From contig CAKJZF010000012.1 in NCBI GenBank assembly GCA_918290775.1, forward strand, positions 11,226 to 75,225: 64,000 bases of DNA, in the 5' to 3' direction. Under the pieces are notes generated by a model that saw only the letters and a program-made list of their open reading frames with translations, had not been told where the DNA came from and ran no database searches. This document shows positions 38,479 through 48,718 of this stretch, piece after piece. The DNA comes from Clostridiales bacterium. GTDB lineage: Bacteria > Bacillota > Clostridia > Oscillospirales > CAG-272. Position numbers and translations under genes: made by a program. Position 1 is the stretch's first letter, and the number at the start of each line of letters is the position of its first letter.

Positions 38479-39355
38479 GGGCGGGTTCCCCCCCTCTCAA
38501 TGTCGCAGCGAGCAACTCGGCACAACTTTCCACATGGGAAATCGCCGTTCCTTCGATCGGGATTCCCGCCTCGCGAAGCCGATGGATCAGCTCTGCGCAC
38601 TGCGGCACCTCCAGCCCAACCTCGCGTAGTCGGTCGCGCTGTGCAAAGACCTCATCCGGCGTTCCGTCCATCAGAACGGTTCCGTCGTTGATGACGATCA
38701 CTCGGTCTGCCAACGCCGCCTCGTTCATATAGTGCGTGATATTGATCACGGTGATTCCGTTTTCCCGGTTGAGCATTCGGATGGTGTCAAGCACCTCCCG
38801 CCGCCCGAGCGGGTCGAGCATCGCCGTGGATTCATCGAAAACGATGCACTCCGGGCGCATGGCAATGATTCCTGCAATGGCAACGCGCTGTTTTTGCCCG
38901 CCGGAGAGATGGTGCGGTTCCCGGTCGGCATATTCGCTCATTCCGACCGACGCGAGCGCTCCGTCAACACGGTGGCGCAACTCGGGCATCGGAACGCCGA
39001 TATTTTCCGGACCGAACGCGACGTCATCCTCAACGATCGTTGCAACGAGCTGATTGTCGGGGTTCTGAAAGACCATTCCGACGCGACGGCGAAGCGCAAT
39101 CAATTCCTCGTCGGAGAGATCGCCCGACGAAAGATCGGTACCGCCGACGATCAGTGTTCCCGCCGTCGGCTCCAAAATCAGATTCAGAAGCTTTGCAAAG
39201 GTGGATTTTCCAGACCCGTTGTGACCGAGGATCGCGACATATTCCCCTTTGGAAATATCAAGCGTGATATTTTTGAGTGCGGGCACGTCGTCTCCGCCGT
39301 TGGATCCTTGATAGGAGAATGACAGATTCTCCGCATGAATGAATGTTTCAGCCAA
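38471..39355 (-). CDS. ecfA1: energy-coupling factor transporter ATPase (EcfA1)
   Basis: Walker A GHNGSGKST, LSGGQKQR, IVFDEST. TTG start at 39355 lies 9 nt after GAGAGG and gives a 295-aa protein. The 386-aa ORF extension overlaps the upstream gene and looks non-coding. Confidence 0.88.
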   Translation of the reverse strand: MAETFIHAENLSFSYQGSNGGDDVPALKNITLDISKGEYVAILGHNGSGKSTFAKLLNLILEPTAGTLIVGGTDLSSGDLSDEELIALRRRVGMVFQNPDNQLVATIVEDDVAFGPENIGVPMPELRHRVDGALASVGMSEYADREPHHLSGGQKQRVAIAGIIAMRPECIVFDESTAMLDPLGRREVLDTIRMLNRENGITVINITHYMNEAALADRVIVINDGTVLMDGTPDEVFAQRDRLREVGLEVPQCAELIHRLREAGIPIEGTAISHVESCAELLAATLRGGEPAHG

Positions 39356-39381
39356 TTTCAGGTTCCTCTCTGACAGAACAT

Positions 39382-40245
39382 TTAAACGCGAAACCACCGC
39401 GTGGAGGCTCCGCAAGGCAGATAAGCGCCGGTCTGCGCCACGCGAAGGGCAAGCTCTTCCGATTCGATCCTGCCTCCGAAACGGGAGCGGACGTTCAGCT
39501 CGAGCAGATACCGCATGGTCAGCGGCGAAAGACCGGTTGTATAGGAGTTGATCAGGAAAAACAGCGGATTGTCCGAAAGGACGCTTGCCGCGAGCGCAAT
39601 CAGCCCGTTGATATTTTCTTCCAGCTTCCAAATCTCCCCCGAGGGTCCTCTGCCGTAGGACGGCGGATCCATGATGATTCCGTCATAGCGGTTTCCGCGG
39701 CGGATCTCGCGTTCCACAAATTTTTTACAATCGTCCACAATATAGCGGATCGGGGCTTCCGACAAGCCGGACAGCGACGCGTTTTCCTTCGCCTGCGCCA
39801 CCATTCCTTTTGCGGCGTCCACATGGACGACCGAAGCGCCCGCCGCCGCGGCGGCAACCGTTGCACCGCCCGTATAGGCAAAAAGATTGAGAACCTTCAC
39901 CGGGCGGTTTGCGCGGCGAATCAAATCTGAAAACCAATCCCAGTTTGCCGCCTGCTCCGGGAAAAGCCCGGTGTGCTTGAACCCCATCGGACGAAGGACA
40001 AACCGCAATTTCCCGTAAGAGATGTTCCAGGATTCCGGCAGGTTGTTTTTTACCCATCTGCCGCCGCCCGTTTCGGAGCGGCGATAGATCCCGTCCGCGC
40101 GTTTCCAAGCCGGGTGACAGGCAACATTGCGCCAGATGATCTGCGGATCGGGGCGAATGAGAATATAGCGTCCCCATCGCTCCAGCCGCTCGCCGTCTGA
40201 TGTATCGAGCAATTCATAGTCTTTCCAGTTTTCTGTTGTAAACAT
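39382..40245 (-). CDS. class I SAM-dependent methyltransferase (COG1092 / RlmI-like)
   Basis: 287 aa from ATG 40245 (ACGGAGAA RBS). VLNLFAYTGGATVAAA SAM-binding motif and IIMDPPSYG. Confidence 0.8.
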   Translation of the reverse strand: MFTTENWKDYELLDTSDGERLERWGRYILIRPDPQIIWRNVACHPAWKRADGIYRRSETGGGRWVKNNLPESWNISYGKLRFVLRPMGFKHTGLFPEQAANWDWFSDLIRRANRPVKVLNLFAYTGGATVAAAAAGASVVHVDAAKGMVAQAKENASLSGLSEAPIRYIVDDCKKFVEREIRRGNRYDGIIMDPPSYGRGPSGEIWKLEENINGLIALAASVLSDNPLFFLINSYTTGLSPLTMRYLLELNVRSRFGGRIESEELALRVAQTGAYLPCGASTRWFRV

Positions 40246-40270
40246 CCTGTTTTCTCCGTTTGCTTGGTCG

Positions 40271-40774
40271 TCAAAGACGTTTGTTGAAATAGGGCGCGAG
40301 GCGCGAGGCACCGCTGTGTGCATGGCAGATGGCAATGGCAAGCGCGTCCGCGGTGTCATCCGGCTTCGGAGGATCCTTCAGCCCGAGTAAGGATGTGACC
40401 ATGGCGATCACCTGTTTTTTGTCCGCCCGTCCGTAACCGACAACAGCCTGCTTGACCTGCATAGGTGTGTATTCCTGCAACGGAATGTTCGCCTGTTTCG
40501 CCGCGAGAAGAGAGATTCCACGCGCTTCCGCAACGCGGATGCCGGTTGTGATATTGTTTGTGAAAAATAGTTCCTCGATCGACATTTCATCCGGGTGATA
40601 GCGAGCGATCAATTGGCTCATGCCCTCATAGATCATGGCAAGACGGTCCTCGGTCGGGATTCCCTGCGGCGTTCGGATCGCGCCGTATGCAATCGGTCGA
40701 ATGTTCGCTTTTTCGCTGTCAATGACACCCCAGCCAACAATCGCCAGACCGGGGTCGATCCCCAGGATTCTCAT
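40271..40774 (-). CDS. ruvC: crossover junction endodeoxyribonuclease RuvC
   Basis: 167 aa. MRILGIDPGLAIVGWGVI start and acidic catalytic residues in RuvC positions. Confidence 0.95.
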   Translation of the reverse strand: MRILGIDPGLAIVGWGVIDSEKANIRPIAYGAIRTPQGIPTEDRLAMIYEGMSQLIARYHPDEMSIEELFFTNNITTGIRVAEARGISLLAAKQANIPLQEYTPMQVKQAVVGYGRADKKQVIAMVTSLLGLKDPPKPDDTADALAIAICHAHSGASRLAPYFNKRL

Positions 40775-40816
40775 GTGAACCGCCGCCCCTTTCGCTTTTA
40801 TAATATTCCAAATTAC

Positions 40817-40845
40817 ATTATATCACAAACTGCCCTGTAAGTCAA
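40817..40845 (-). promoter_or_regulatory. sigma-A promoter of ruvC (TTGACT-17-TATAAT, TGa extended -10)
   Basis: On the minus strand, TTGACT (40840-40845) and TGTGATATAAT ending at 40817. Confidence 0.65.
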
Positions 40846-40895
40846 ACAATTCTTTTCATTTTTGCAAAAATCCTAAAAAAATAACAATTTTATGG

Positions 40896-40924
40896 TTTAC
40901 AGATCGCGTTTTTTGTGATATAAT
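40896..40924 (+). promoter_or_regulatory. sigma-A promoter of the DUF951-yfhO-ruvAB unit (TTTACA-17-TATAAT, extended -10)
   Basis: TTTACA 40896-40901 and TGTGATATAAT ending at 40924. Same TTTGTGATATAAT core as the divergent ruvC promoter. Confidence 0.65.
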
Positions 40925-40962
40925 TTAAGATGGTTTTTTATATACCGAGAAAGGTGAATGTC

Positions 40963-41163
40963 ATGGAAATCATTCCGATCCGCCCTGATGATCGCTTGCA
41001 GATGAAAAAACGCCATCCTTGCGGCGGGGATTGCTTCCGCGTTCTGCGCGTCGGCGCTTCGGTTCGCGTTGTCTGCGAAACCTGCGGACGAGATATGACG
41101 ATCGACCGCTTGAAGCTGGAAAAATTTGTTCGGAAAGTCCTTCCGAAAGGAGAGTCGCTATGA
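40963..41163 (+). CDS. DUF951 family small protein
   Basis: 66 aa. KKRHPCGGDCFRVLRVGASVRVVCETCGR is a Cys-rich pattern typical of DUF951. GAGAAAGG RBS. Confidence 0.75.
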   Translation: MEIIPIRPDDRLQMKKRHPCGGDCFRVLRVGASVRVVCETCGRDMTIDRLKLEKFVRKVLPKGESL

Positions 41164-44100
41164 ACGATATAACGCGGCGGGATCGCAAACGGGGATTTCT
41201 TTCCTTTTTGCGCGGAAACGGTTATCTGCTGTTGTGTATGGTGATTCCCGTTCTTCTCGTCTATCTGATCTATCTCGCACGTGGGATTCATCCGTGCGGG
41301 GACGGTTGCGTGCTTGTGCTGGATCTGACCGGGCAATACGTTTGGTTCTTTGAAGCGCTTCGCAATTTTGTCCGTGGGGACGGAAGTTTGCTTTATTCGT
41401 TTGAGCGTGCGCTCGGCGGTGAATTTCTCGGGATCTATGCCTATTACCTTGCAAGCCCATTTTCCTATTTGGTCTGCCTGTTTCCGAAAACCAAAATGCT
41501 GGAGGCTCTGCTTGCGCTTTTCCTGCTGAAAACGGCAATCTGCGGCGGCACGTTCGGCTTCTACATGAAAAAGACCGCACTGACGAGAAGCCGCGTTGCC
41601 GCGGTCATATTCTCGGTCTGCTATGCGGTTTCCAGTTATGCGATCGTGCAGCAGCACAACACCATGTGGATCGACGCGATGATGTGGCTCCCGCTGATTA
41701 CCCTCGGTATAGAAGAACTGATTCGCCACGGCAAATTCAAACTTTATACGTTTTTGCTTGCGGTCACGCTCTTCAGCAACTTCTATATTGGATATATGGT
41801 CTGCTTTTGGTGCGGGATCTACTTTCTCCTGTTCTACCTTGCGCACGGCGGCAAGGACGGCGACAACAACCCGCTCGGCGAACGGCTGCATTTTCTGAAA
41901 TCGCTTTTGCGGATGGTGTTTTTCTCGCTTCTCGCAGTCGGTATGGCGGCAATGATCCTGCTTGGCGCGTATTACTCGCTCAATTTCGGAAAAACAACCT
42001 TCTCCACCGCAAAATGGGAATGGTTTACCAACTTCGACTTTTTGGATCTCTTCTATAAATTCCTTCCCGGTTCCTACGACACCGTTCGCCCGGACGGATA
42101 CCCCTTCGTTTATTGCGGTGTTCTGACGCTTCTTCTCGTTCCCGCTTATTTCTACTCGAAAAAATACACGATGCGGCGCAAGATCTGCTCGGCGGTATTG
42201 GTGCTGTTCTTCGTTGTGAGCTTCTCTCTCTCGGTTTTCGATTTGATCTGGCACGGCTTCCAACTTCCCAACTGGCTGAACCACCGCTACAGCTTTATGC
42301 TCTGCTTTTACCTTTGCGTTTTGGCTTGCAGGGCGCTGGAGGAATTGGAGACCTTCTCGCTCAAGCTCGTGCTCGGCGTCGGCGGTTTGATTGCAATTTT
42401 TACGGTACTTTTGCAGAAATTTACCGATATTGCCCACACCGATCCGAAGGATTTTTCCTGTATTTGGTTCACGCTTGCCTGTTTGATCGTGTATCTTTCG
42501 ATTCTCGGAATCTCGCGTTCCGGCGTTCGGAAAAAGCAGGTTGCGAGCATTGCCCTGTTGGTTGCCGTTTGCGTTGAGACCTTTGTGAACGGGTTGCTCA
42601 ACATGAACGCGTTGGACGAGGATGTTGCCTACACCAAATACAGCTACTACAACAATTTTCTTGCCAAAACCCGCCCGCTTGTGGAAGAGGTTCAGGCAGA
42701 GGACGCCTCTTTTTACCGCATGGAAAAGACCTACTTTCGTAAGGTGAACGACAACATGGGCTTGGAGATGCGCGGACTTTCCGGTTCAACTTCCACACTG
42801 AATCAGGAAACCATTCTGTTTTTGGACAAGATGGGCTATGCCTCCCGGTCGCATTGGTCAAAATATGTCGGCGGCACGCCGGTCAATGATTCTCTGCTCG
42901 GACTGAAATATATTCTTTCCGATAATTCCATTTACGGAAACTATTATGAAGTGTTCAAGACCGACGAGGTAAACGGCTACACTGCCTATCGCAACCCCTA
43001 TGCGCTCTCGATTGCCTATGGCGTTGACGACGCGCTTTTGGAATTTCCGCTTGGCTATTCCGCGAGCGATGAGGAAGCCGCCGATGACAAAAAAACAAGC
43101 CCGATTGCCAATGCCGTCAGCGCGGTCAAAGCGACGCTCAACAAATGGTTTGATATTGACGAAACGGTTCGCGGGGACAACTATGTGGATGCGTATGACA
43201 GCCCGTTTGAACGCCTCAACGCCATGGTAACGGCGATGCTCGGCGAGGAGGAGACCGTACAGGTGTTTGTTCCGATTCCGCTTTCCGGTCGCGTCACCAC
43301 AAGCAATCTGGAACGCCCATGGTCAGGCGAGGGACATTCCTGCTATGACAAGACCGACAGTTCGCTTTCTTCCTCCGTGACAGCAACCATTGAAATGCCT
43401 GTGAGCGGAGAACTGTATTTCTACCAGCCAACGCGCTTCCCGCGCGAAATTTCGCTCGAGCTGACCGACAAGACCGATGATATCAGCAAAAAATATGACC
43501 GTTTCGGCGGAAGCGAAACAACCCGCATCATCTCGCTCGGCAATCAGACGGAAGGTCACAAACTCTCGCTCAAAATGACACTGGAGGCTTCTAACCTCTA
43601 TTACCTGAAGGATGCCGACTGGTTCTATTACATTGATTGGGATGTGTTTGAAGACGTCATGACGCGCCTTGCCTCCGATCAATTCCAAATCGAAAAATTC
43701 ACCGAGGATTCCTTTACCGGAAGCCTGACAACATCCCAAAGCGACGAACTGATCCTGACGACGCTTGCATTTGACAAGGGCTGGAAGATCACGGTGGACG
43801 GTCAGCGAGCGGAGCCTGTGAAAGCGCTTGGATCCCTTGTTGCGTTCCGCGTTTCGGGAGAAGCCGGAACGCATACGGTCAAGATGGTCTATCGCCCCAA
43901 TACCTTTGTTGCGGGGTCAATTATATCCTGTATCTCGGTATTGCTGTTCGTTGTTTTGGCGTCGTTGTCCCCGCTGTTGCGCAAGGTCCCGGTTTTGCGC
44001 AGTTTGGTTTCGGTACCGATTCGGGAGAGAAAGCCGAAGCCATCCGAGAGCAAAGCGCCGGTGCCGCAGGAAGTCAAGGACCCGTCTCCTCCGGCATCTT

Positions 44101-44231
44101 CATTAACAACCTCGCAAACATCCGAAAAAAGCGCTCTACCGATTTTGATCGGCGGTGTTTCGGCATTGGGAGCCGCCGCGATCACAGCGCTTGCCTTTTG
44201 GATCGGTCAGAAGAAAAACAAAAAGGAGTAA
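41160..44231 (+). CDS. YfhO family membrane protein (putative glycosyltransferase)
   Basis: 1023 aa from ATG 41160 (ATGA overlap with DUF951). Many TM segments followed by a large extracytoplasmic region and a C-terminal TM anchor. The N-terminal YfhO-like block includes GDGCVLVLDLTGQY. Confidence 0.8.
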   Translation: MNDITRRDRKRGFLSFLRGNGYLLLCMVIPVLLVYLIYLARGIHPCGDGCVLVLDLTGQYVWFFEALRNFVRGDGSLLYSFERALGGEFLGIYAYYLASPFSYLVCLFPKTKMLEALLALFLLKTAICGGTFGFYMKKTALTRSRVAAVIFSVCYAVSSYAIVQQHNTMWIDAMMWLPLITLGIEELIRHGKFKLYTFLLAVTLFSNFYIGYMVCFWCGIYFLLFYLAHGGKDGDNNPLGERLHFLKSLLRMVFFSLLAVGMAAMILLGAYYSLNFGKTTFSTAKWEWFTNFDFLDLFYKFLPGSYDTVRPDGYPFVYCGVLTLLLVPAYFYSKKYTMRRKICSAVLVLFFVVSFSLSVFDLIWHGFQLPNWLNHRYSFMLCFYLCVLACRALEELETFSLKLVLGVGGLIAIFTVLLQKFTDIAHTDPKDFSCIWFTLACLIVYLSILGISRSGVRKKQVASIALLVAVCVETFVNGLLNMNALDEDVAYTKYSYYNNFLAKTRPLVEEVQAEDASFYRMEKTYFRKVNDNMGLEMRGLSGSTSTLNQETILFLDKMGYASRSHWSKYVGGTPVNDSLLGLKYILSDNSIYGNYYEVFKTDEVNGYTAYRNPYALSIAYGVDDALLEFPLGYSASDEEAADDKKTSPIANAVSAVKATLNKWFDIDETVRGDNYVDAYDSPFERLNAMVTAMLGEEETVQVFVPIPLSGRVTTSNLERPWSGEGHSCYDKTDSSLSSSVTATIEMPVSGELYFYQPTRFPREISLELTDKTDDISKKYDRFGGSETTRIISLGNQTEGHKLSLKMTLEASNLYYLKDADWFYYIDWDVFEDVMTRLASDQFQIEKFTEDSFTGSLTTSQSDELILTTLAFDKGWKITVDGQRAEPVKALGSLVAFRVSGEAGTHTVKMVYRPNTFVAGSIISCISVLLFVVLASLSPLLRKVPVLRSLVSVPIRERKPKPSESKAPVPQEVKDPSPPASSLTTSQTSEKSALPILIGGVSALGAAAITALAFWIGQKKNKKE
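42403..42412 (+). repeat. copy 6 of 10-mer CGGTACTTTT (TTTTTACGGTACTTTTG)
   Basis: Read directly, inside yfhO (codons F-T-V-L-L-Q). Confidence 0.85.
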
Positions 44232-44236
44232 GACCC

Positions 44237-44860
44237 ATGTTTTATTACCTCTGCGGAAAACTCACTCATTTGGAACCCGGAGTCGCCGTGATCGACTGCG
44301 GCGGAGTCGGCTATAAGCTCTCCATCAGCGGAACGACTTATGATGCCATGCCGCCGAATCGCTCCGTTTCCGAGCCGCCGATCGTCAAACTCTACACACA
44401 TCTTTCCGTTCGCGAGGATGACATTGAACTGTTTGGATTCATGAAGCAGACCGAGCTGGCAACCTTTAAGCTCCTTCTGACCGTTTCCGGGGTCGGACCC
44501 AAGGCGGCGCTCTCGATTCTGAGCTCCATGACTCCTGAAAAATTTGCGATCGCGGTTTGTACCGATGACAAAAAGACCATCGCGAAAGCGAATGGAATCG
44601 GACCCAAAACGGCGGCGCGTGTGATTTTGGAGCTGAAGGACAAACTGATGAAGGAATCCGACGGCAAGCTTGAGATGACCGCTTCCCCGTCTACGCCTGC
44701 AACTGGTGAGCGGAGCGCGTTGAGCGAGGCGATCGACGCGCTGATCGTTTTGGGCTATTCCCGTGCCGAAGCCATGACAGCCTTGAAAGACATTGACGTT
44801 TCCAAAACCGAGCTGCAGGAGATGATCCGCCTTGCGCTCAAAAAGCTGATGCGCCCTTGA
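44237..44860 (+). CDS. ruvA: Holliday junction branch migration complex subunit RuvA
   Basis: 207 aa from ATG 44237 (AAAAGGAG RBS). MFYYLCGKL... followed by HhH motifs GVGPKAAL and GIGPKTA. Confidence 0.94.
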   Translation: MFYYLCGKLTHLEPGVAVIDCGGVGYKLSISGTTYDAMPPNRSVSEPPIVKLYTHLSVREDDIELFGFMKQTELATFKLLLTVSGVGPKAALSILSSMTPEKFAIAVCTDDKKTIAKANGIGPKTAARVILELKDKLMKESDGKLEMTASPSTPATGERSALSEAIDALIVLGYSRAEAMTALKDIDVSKTELQEMIRLALKKLMRP

Positions 44861-44884
44861 ATCCATCGGAAAGGATAAGCGAAT

Positions 44885-45982
44885 ATGGACATGGAAACCA
44901 CTGAATTTGACTTTGAAAACCGAATTGTCAGTACGGGTTATAAGCCCGAGGACGCGGATCCCGAACTGTCCCTGCGCCCGAAACGTCTCGATGATTATAT
45001 CGGGCAGACCAAGGTCAAGGAGAATCTGAAAATCTACATTGAAGCCGCGAAAAAGCGCGGAGATCCGTTGGATCATGTTCTGCTCTACGGTCCTCCCGGA
45101 CTCGGCAAAACCACGCTTTCCAACATCATTGCCGCCGAAATGGGGGTCAACATCCGCGTCACGTCCGGTCCAGCCATTGAAAAGCAGGGGGATCTTGCCG
45201 CGATTTTGACCAATCTCAACGAAGGTGACGTCCTTTTCATTGACGAAATTCACCGTCTCTCCCGCTCGGTGGAAGAGATCCTTTACCCAGCCATGGAGGA
45301 TTACGCGTTGGACATCATCATCGGGCAAGGTCCCGCGGCGCGGAGTATCCGCATTGACCTGCCGCGTTTCACGCTCATCGGAGCCACAACCCGCGCGGGT
45401 CAGATGACGACGCCCCTTCGCGATCGCTTCGGCGTGGTTCTCAAACTTGAACTTTATACGCCGGATGAGCTTGCGGAGATTGTCCGCAGGAGCGCGAGAA
45501 TCCTCGGAGTTGAAATTTCGGACGACGGCGCAATCGAACTTGCCCGTCGGTCGCGAGGAACGCCGCGCATCGCCAACCGCCTGCTCAAGCGCGTTCGCGA
45601 TTTTGCGCAGGTGGAAGGAGACGGCGCCATTCATTCGGAGATTGCCAACTTTGCGCTCAACCGCCTTGAGATCGACGCGCTGGGATTGGATAATATCGAT
45701 CGCCGGATGCTGGAAACGATCATAAGGTTTTATGACGGCGGTCCCGTTGGGTTGGAAACGCTTGCCGCAACCGTCGGTGAAGAAGCCGTGACCTTGGAAG
45801 ATGTCTATGAACCGTACCTGATGCAGATCGGCTTTTTGAACCGCACGCCCCGCGGTCGGTGCGTTACCCGCTTGGCATATGAGCATCTCGGAATTCCGTT
45901 CCGATCCGCCAAAACGTCCTCCGATCAATTGAATTTATTCGAGGAAGCTGACGCTTCTTCTCCCAAAAAGAAAAATAGTTGA
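44885..45982 (+). CDS. ruvB: Holliday junction branch migration DNA helicase RuvB
   Basis: Walker [10 protein letters not shown], Walker [21 protein letters not shown]. Confidence 0.96.
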   Translation: MDMETTEFDFENRIVSTGYKPEDADPELSLRPKRLDDYIGQTKVKENLKIYIEAAKKRGDPLDHVLLYGPPGLGKTTLSNIIAAEMGVNIRVTSGPAIEKQGDLAAILTNLNEGDVLFIDEIHRLSRSVEEILYPAMEDYALDIIIGQGPAARSIRIDLPRFTLIGATTRAGQMTTPLRDRFGVVLKLELYTPDELAEIVRRSARILGVEISDDGAIELARRSRGTPRIANRLLKRVRDFAQVEGDGAIHSEIANFALNRLEIDALGLDNIDRRMLETIIRFYDGGPVGLETLAATVGEEAVTLEDVYEPYLMQIGFLNRTPRGRCVTRLAYEHLGIPFRSAKTSSDQLNLFEEADASSPKKKNS

Positions 45983-46038
45983 TACCGAGAAAACGACCGT
46001 TGCAAACAGTTTGCAACGGTCGTTTTCTCGGTACTTTT
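45983..46038. terminator. 23-bp perfect hairpin between ruvB and the convergent gene, ending in the CGGTACTTTT word
   Basis: TACCGAGAAAACGACCGTTGCAA (45983-46005), loop ACAGT, TTGCAACGGTCGTTTTCTCGGTA (46011-46033), then CTTTT. Confidence 0.8.
46029..46038 (+). repeat. copy 7 of 10-mer CGGTACTTTT (TTTTCTCGGTACTTTT, 46023-46038)
   Basis: Read directly. Spans the end of the right hairpin arm and the T-tract after ruvB. Confidence 0.85.
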
Positions 46039-46046
46039 GAGGAAAA

Positions 46047-47153
46047 TCAGCTCTTTTTGCCGAAAATATCATGCATCAATTCCTTTGCGCTTTCGTTAAA
46101 AAGCGCTGTTAATGTTCGGGAGAGAATCTTCCCTACGGTGGGATCCAACTGCATCCCGCGAATCAGCCAACGATTCTTCAGAGAGGCGAGATCGGTCAAT
46201 GTCAGCGCGTTGTCGGATGAGAGAACACGATAAAGCGCCTCGGTGAATTGCTCCCGCTGTCCGGGTGTCATCTCCCGGATCCATGTGTTCATCGTGCGGT
46301 CGGTTCGTTTGCTGTCCGCTCCAACGTCGCGCAGATGCACAAATTTTCCGCCGAGTACATTCCAAGAAAGCGCGTCATGCTGCAAAACGCCCACCTGACG
46401 GCTGCTGACAACCGTGTAGTCCTCCTCATGCTCCAGCAGCATTCCGACCACAGCCGATTTCGGAACGATGGTATGAATGCGCGGTTTGAGATCGAGATAC
46501 AACGGATCTGTCAGCATTCCTCCGCCGAACCCGGGGCCGTCGTTGTTCCAAACCCCCACGATCCGACTCTTCAGGGCTTCGTTGCAATGCACACCCGCGT
46601 AGACCGCGAGATTTCCGCCTTTGCTATGCCCGGTTACATAGAGCTTTCCGCTCGAACTTTTTGCCGCATCGTTCAGGTATTCCGCCGCGCGAATCTGTGC
46701 GGGAACGCACGGAAGAAAGCTCATGTTAAAGTTTTCTTTCCATCCGACAATGGTGTCATCGGTTCCGCGGTAGGCAACAACGGTTCCGACTTTTCCCAAG
46801 AGAAACGTCACCGCGGAAAACTGCATTTCCCGTTGGAGATCAATTTCATTCACATAGGCACGCAGTCCAACGCCCCGGAACCGCCGGGTGTCCTTGATCG
46901 CTTTGAAGAGTTTAATGATGTCCTTCGGAATGATCAGACCGATGGTGGCTTTCCGCAGGTCGGGATGGCTCGCAAAATAGGCATTTGCGGCGGATTGTAA
47001 CGAAACCGGCGCGTCGGAATGTCCTGCCGGAACAACGTCTTTCAGTTCAATATAGGAGATGAGGGAAAAGATCAGACTATCCACCTCATTGGGCGGAACT
47101 TGCTCAAAGCTGAGGTCGCCGCGCCAATGAACATAATCAAATACAGTTCCCAT
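46047..47153 (-). CDS. DUF2974 / Mbeg1-like alpha/beta hydrolase (lipase-like)
   Basis: 368 aa. Nucleophile elbow GHSKGG and VAYRGTDDTIVGWKENF, typical of the family. Confidence 0.75.
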   Translation of the reverse strand: MGTVFDYVHWRGDLSFEQVPPNEVDSLIFSLISYIELKDVVPAGHSDAPVSLQSAANAYFASHPDLRKATIGLIIPKDIIKLFKAIKDTRRFRGVGLRAYVNEIDLQREMQFSAVTFLLGKVGTVVAYRGTDDTIVGWKENFNMSFLPCVPAQIRAAEYLNDAAKSSSGKLYVTGHSKGGNLAVYAGVHCNEALKSRIVGVWNNDGPGFGGGMLTDPLYLDLKPRIHTIVPKSAVVGMLLEHEEDYTVVSSRQVGVLQHDALSWNVLGGKFVHLRDVGADSKRTDRTMNTWIREMTPGQREQFTEALYRVLSSDNALTLTDLASLKNRWLIRGMQLDPTVGKILSRTLTALFNESAKELMHDIFGKKS

Positions 47154-47195
47154 TTTCTCCTCCGTTCCGATCGGTCAACCTTTTGGGATAATCGG

Positions 47196-48689
47196 TCAGC
47201 ACCCGTGGAAGAGCCGTTTGCTCTCATAGGTGGGTTCGCACGTCAGGTTGATACCGAGCTTTTTGAGAGTATGTACGTCGTTTTCGGAAAGAATGACCGA
47301 AGAATGCATTTCACAGTGGCGAAGTTTCGGAAGCTGTTCCATTGCTTTTGCGGCGACCGGATCGGTTACCGCACAGATGGAGAGTGCGATCAGAACCTCG
47401 TTTGGATGCAAGCGCGGATTGTTGCTTCCGAGAATGCCGACTTTGAGGTTGGTGATCGGTTCCAAGATTTCCGGTGAAATCAGGTTGACGCGGTCGTCGA
47501 TGTCCGCCAGCACCTTGAGTGCGTTGAGCAACGCCGCAGACGCCGCACCGAGCAGACGGGATGTTTTCCCGGTCACCATCGAACCGTCCGGCAACTCAAT
47601 TGCAGCGGCGGGTTTCCCGGTTGCCTGCGCTTTTTCATTTGCCGCCACGCTGACTTTTCGATCGGTGACGTCCAGTCCTGCCGTTTTCATGATTAGTTCG
47701 AGTTTTTCTACATCGTGGCTGTCGCCGATGCCGCCCTCTTTCCGCCGGTTGCAGACAGCGGTGAAATAGCGGCGGATGATTTCCATGTTTGCCGCTTCGG
47801 AAACCGCGGCGTCGTCAAAGATGCAATTCCCCGCCATATTCACACCCATATCCGTTGGCGAACGGTAGGGGGACGAGCCGCTGATCTTTTCGAACATCGC
47901 GTTCAGAACGGGAAAGATCTCAATGTCGCGGTTATAGTTGACGGTGGTTTTTCCGTATGCCTCCAGGTGGAAAGGATCAATCATATTCACGTCGTTGAGA
48001 TCTGCGGTTGCTGCTTCATACGCAATATTGACCGGGTGCTTGAGCGGCAGATTCCAAATCGGGAAGGTTTCAAATTTCGCATAACCGGATTGAATTCCCT
48101 TCTTGTGGTCATGGTAAAGCTGGCTCAGGCAGGTTGCCATTTTGCCGCTTCCGGGACCCGGCGCGGTGACAACGACCAGCGACCGCGTGGTTTCAATGTA
48201 ATCGTTTTTGCCGTACCCCTCGTCGCTCACGATGCGGGCAATGTCCGAGGGATAGCCGGGGATGGAATAATGTTGATAAACCTTCACGCCGAGGGATTCG
48301 AGGCGCTTGCGGAATTTGATGGCGGCGGGCTGATCCTGCCAGCGCGTCAGCACCACGCTGCCGACATATAGCCCGAAGCTGCGGAATGCGTCGATCAGGC
48401 GCAGAACGTCCAAATCATAGGTGATTCCGAGATCGCCGCGAACCTTGTTCTTTTCAATATCGTTTGCGTTGATGGCAATGACGATTTCCGCCTGATCCTT
48501 GAGCTGAATCAGCATCCGGATCTTACTGTCGGGGGCGAAGCCCGGAAGAACGCGTGCGGCATGGTAATCGTCGAAGAGTTTTCCGCCGAATTCCAGATAG
48601 AGTTTCCCGCCGAACTGCGCGATGCGTTCGCGGATGTGTTCGGACTGCATTTTGATATAAAGGTCGTTATCGAATCCCTGCTTATACAT
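47196..48689 (-). CDS. DUF1846 (UPF0371) family protein
   Basis: 497 aa. N-terminus [19 protein letters not shown]...[22 protein letters not shown] is characteristic of the family. Confidence 0.8.
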   Translation of the reverse strand: MYKQGFDNDLYIKMQSEHIRERIAQFGGKLYLEFGGKLFDDYHAARVLPGFAPDSKIRMLIQLKDQAEIVIAINANDIEKNKVRGDLGITYDLDVLRLIDAFRSFGLYVGSVVLTRWQDQPAAIKFRKRLESLGVKVYQHYSIPGYPSDIARIVSDEGYGKNDYIETTRSLVVVTAPGPGSGKMATCLSQLYHDHKKGIQSGYAKFETFPIWNLPLKHPVNIAYEAATADLNDVNMIDPFHLEAYGKTTVNYNRDIEIFPVLNAMFEKISGSSPYRSPTDMGVNMAGNCIFDDAAVSEAANMEIIRRYFTAVCNRRKEGGIGDSHDVEKLELIMKTAGLDVTDRKVSVAANEKAQATGKPAAAIELPDGSMVTGKTSRLLGAASAALLNALKVLADIDDRVNLISPEILEPITNLKVGILGSNNPRLHPNEVLIALSICAVTDPVAAKAMEQLPKLRHCEMHSSVILSENDVHTLKKLGINLTCEPTYESKRLFHGC

Positions 48690-48718
48690 GGTATACCTCT
48701 TTTCTGTTTCTCATTCGT

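Noticed and set aside
38471-39631. A 386-aa version of EcfA1 with a ~90-aa N-terminal extension.
   Set aside because: The extension overlaps the 3' end of the upstream methyltransferase gene in another frame and has no ABC-ATPase similarity. A TTG at 39355 with a GAGAGG RBS gives the canonical length.
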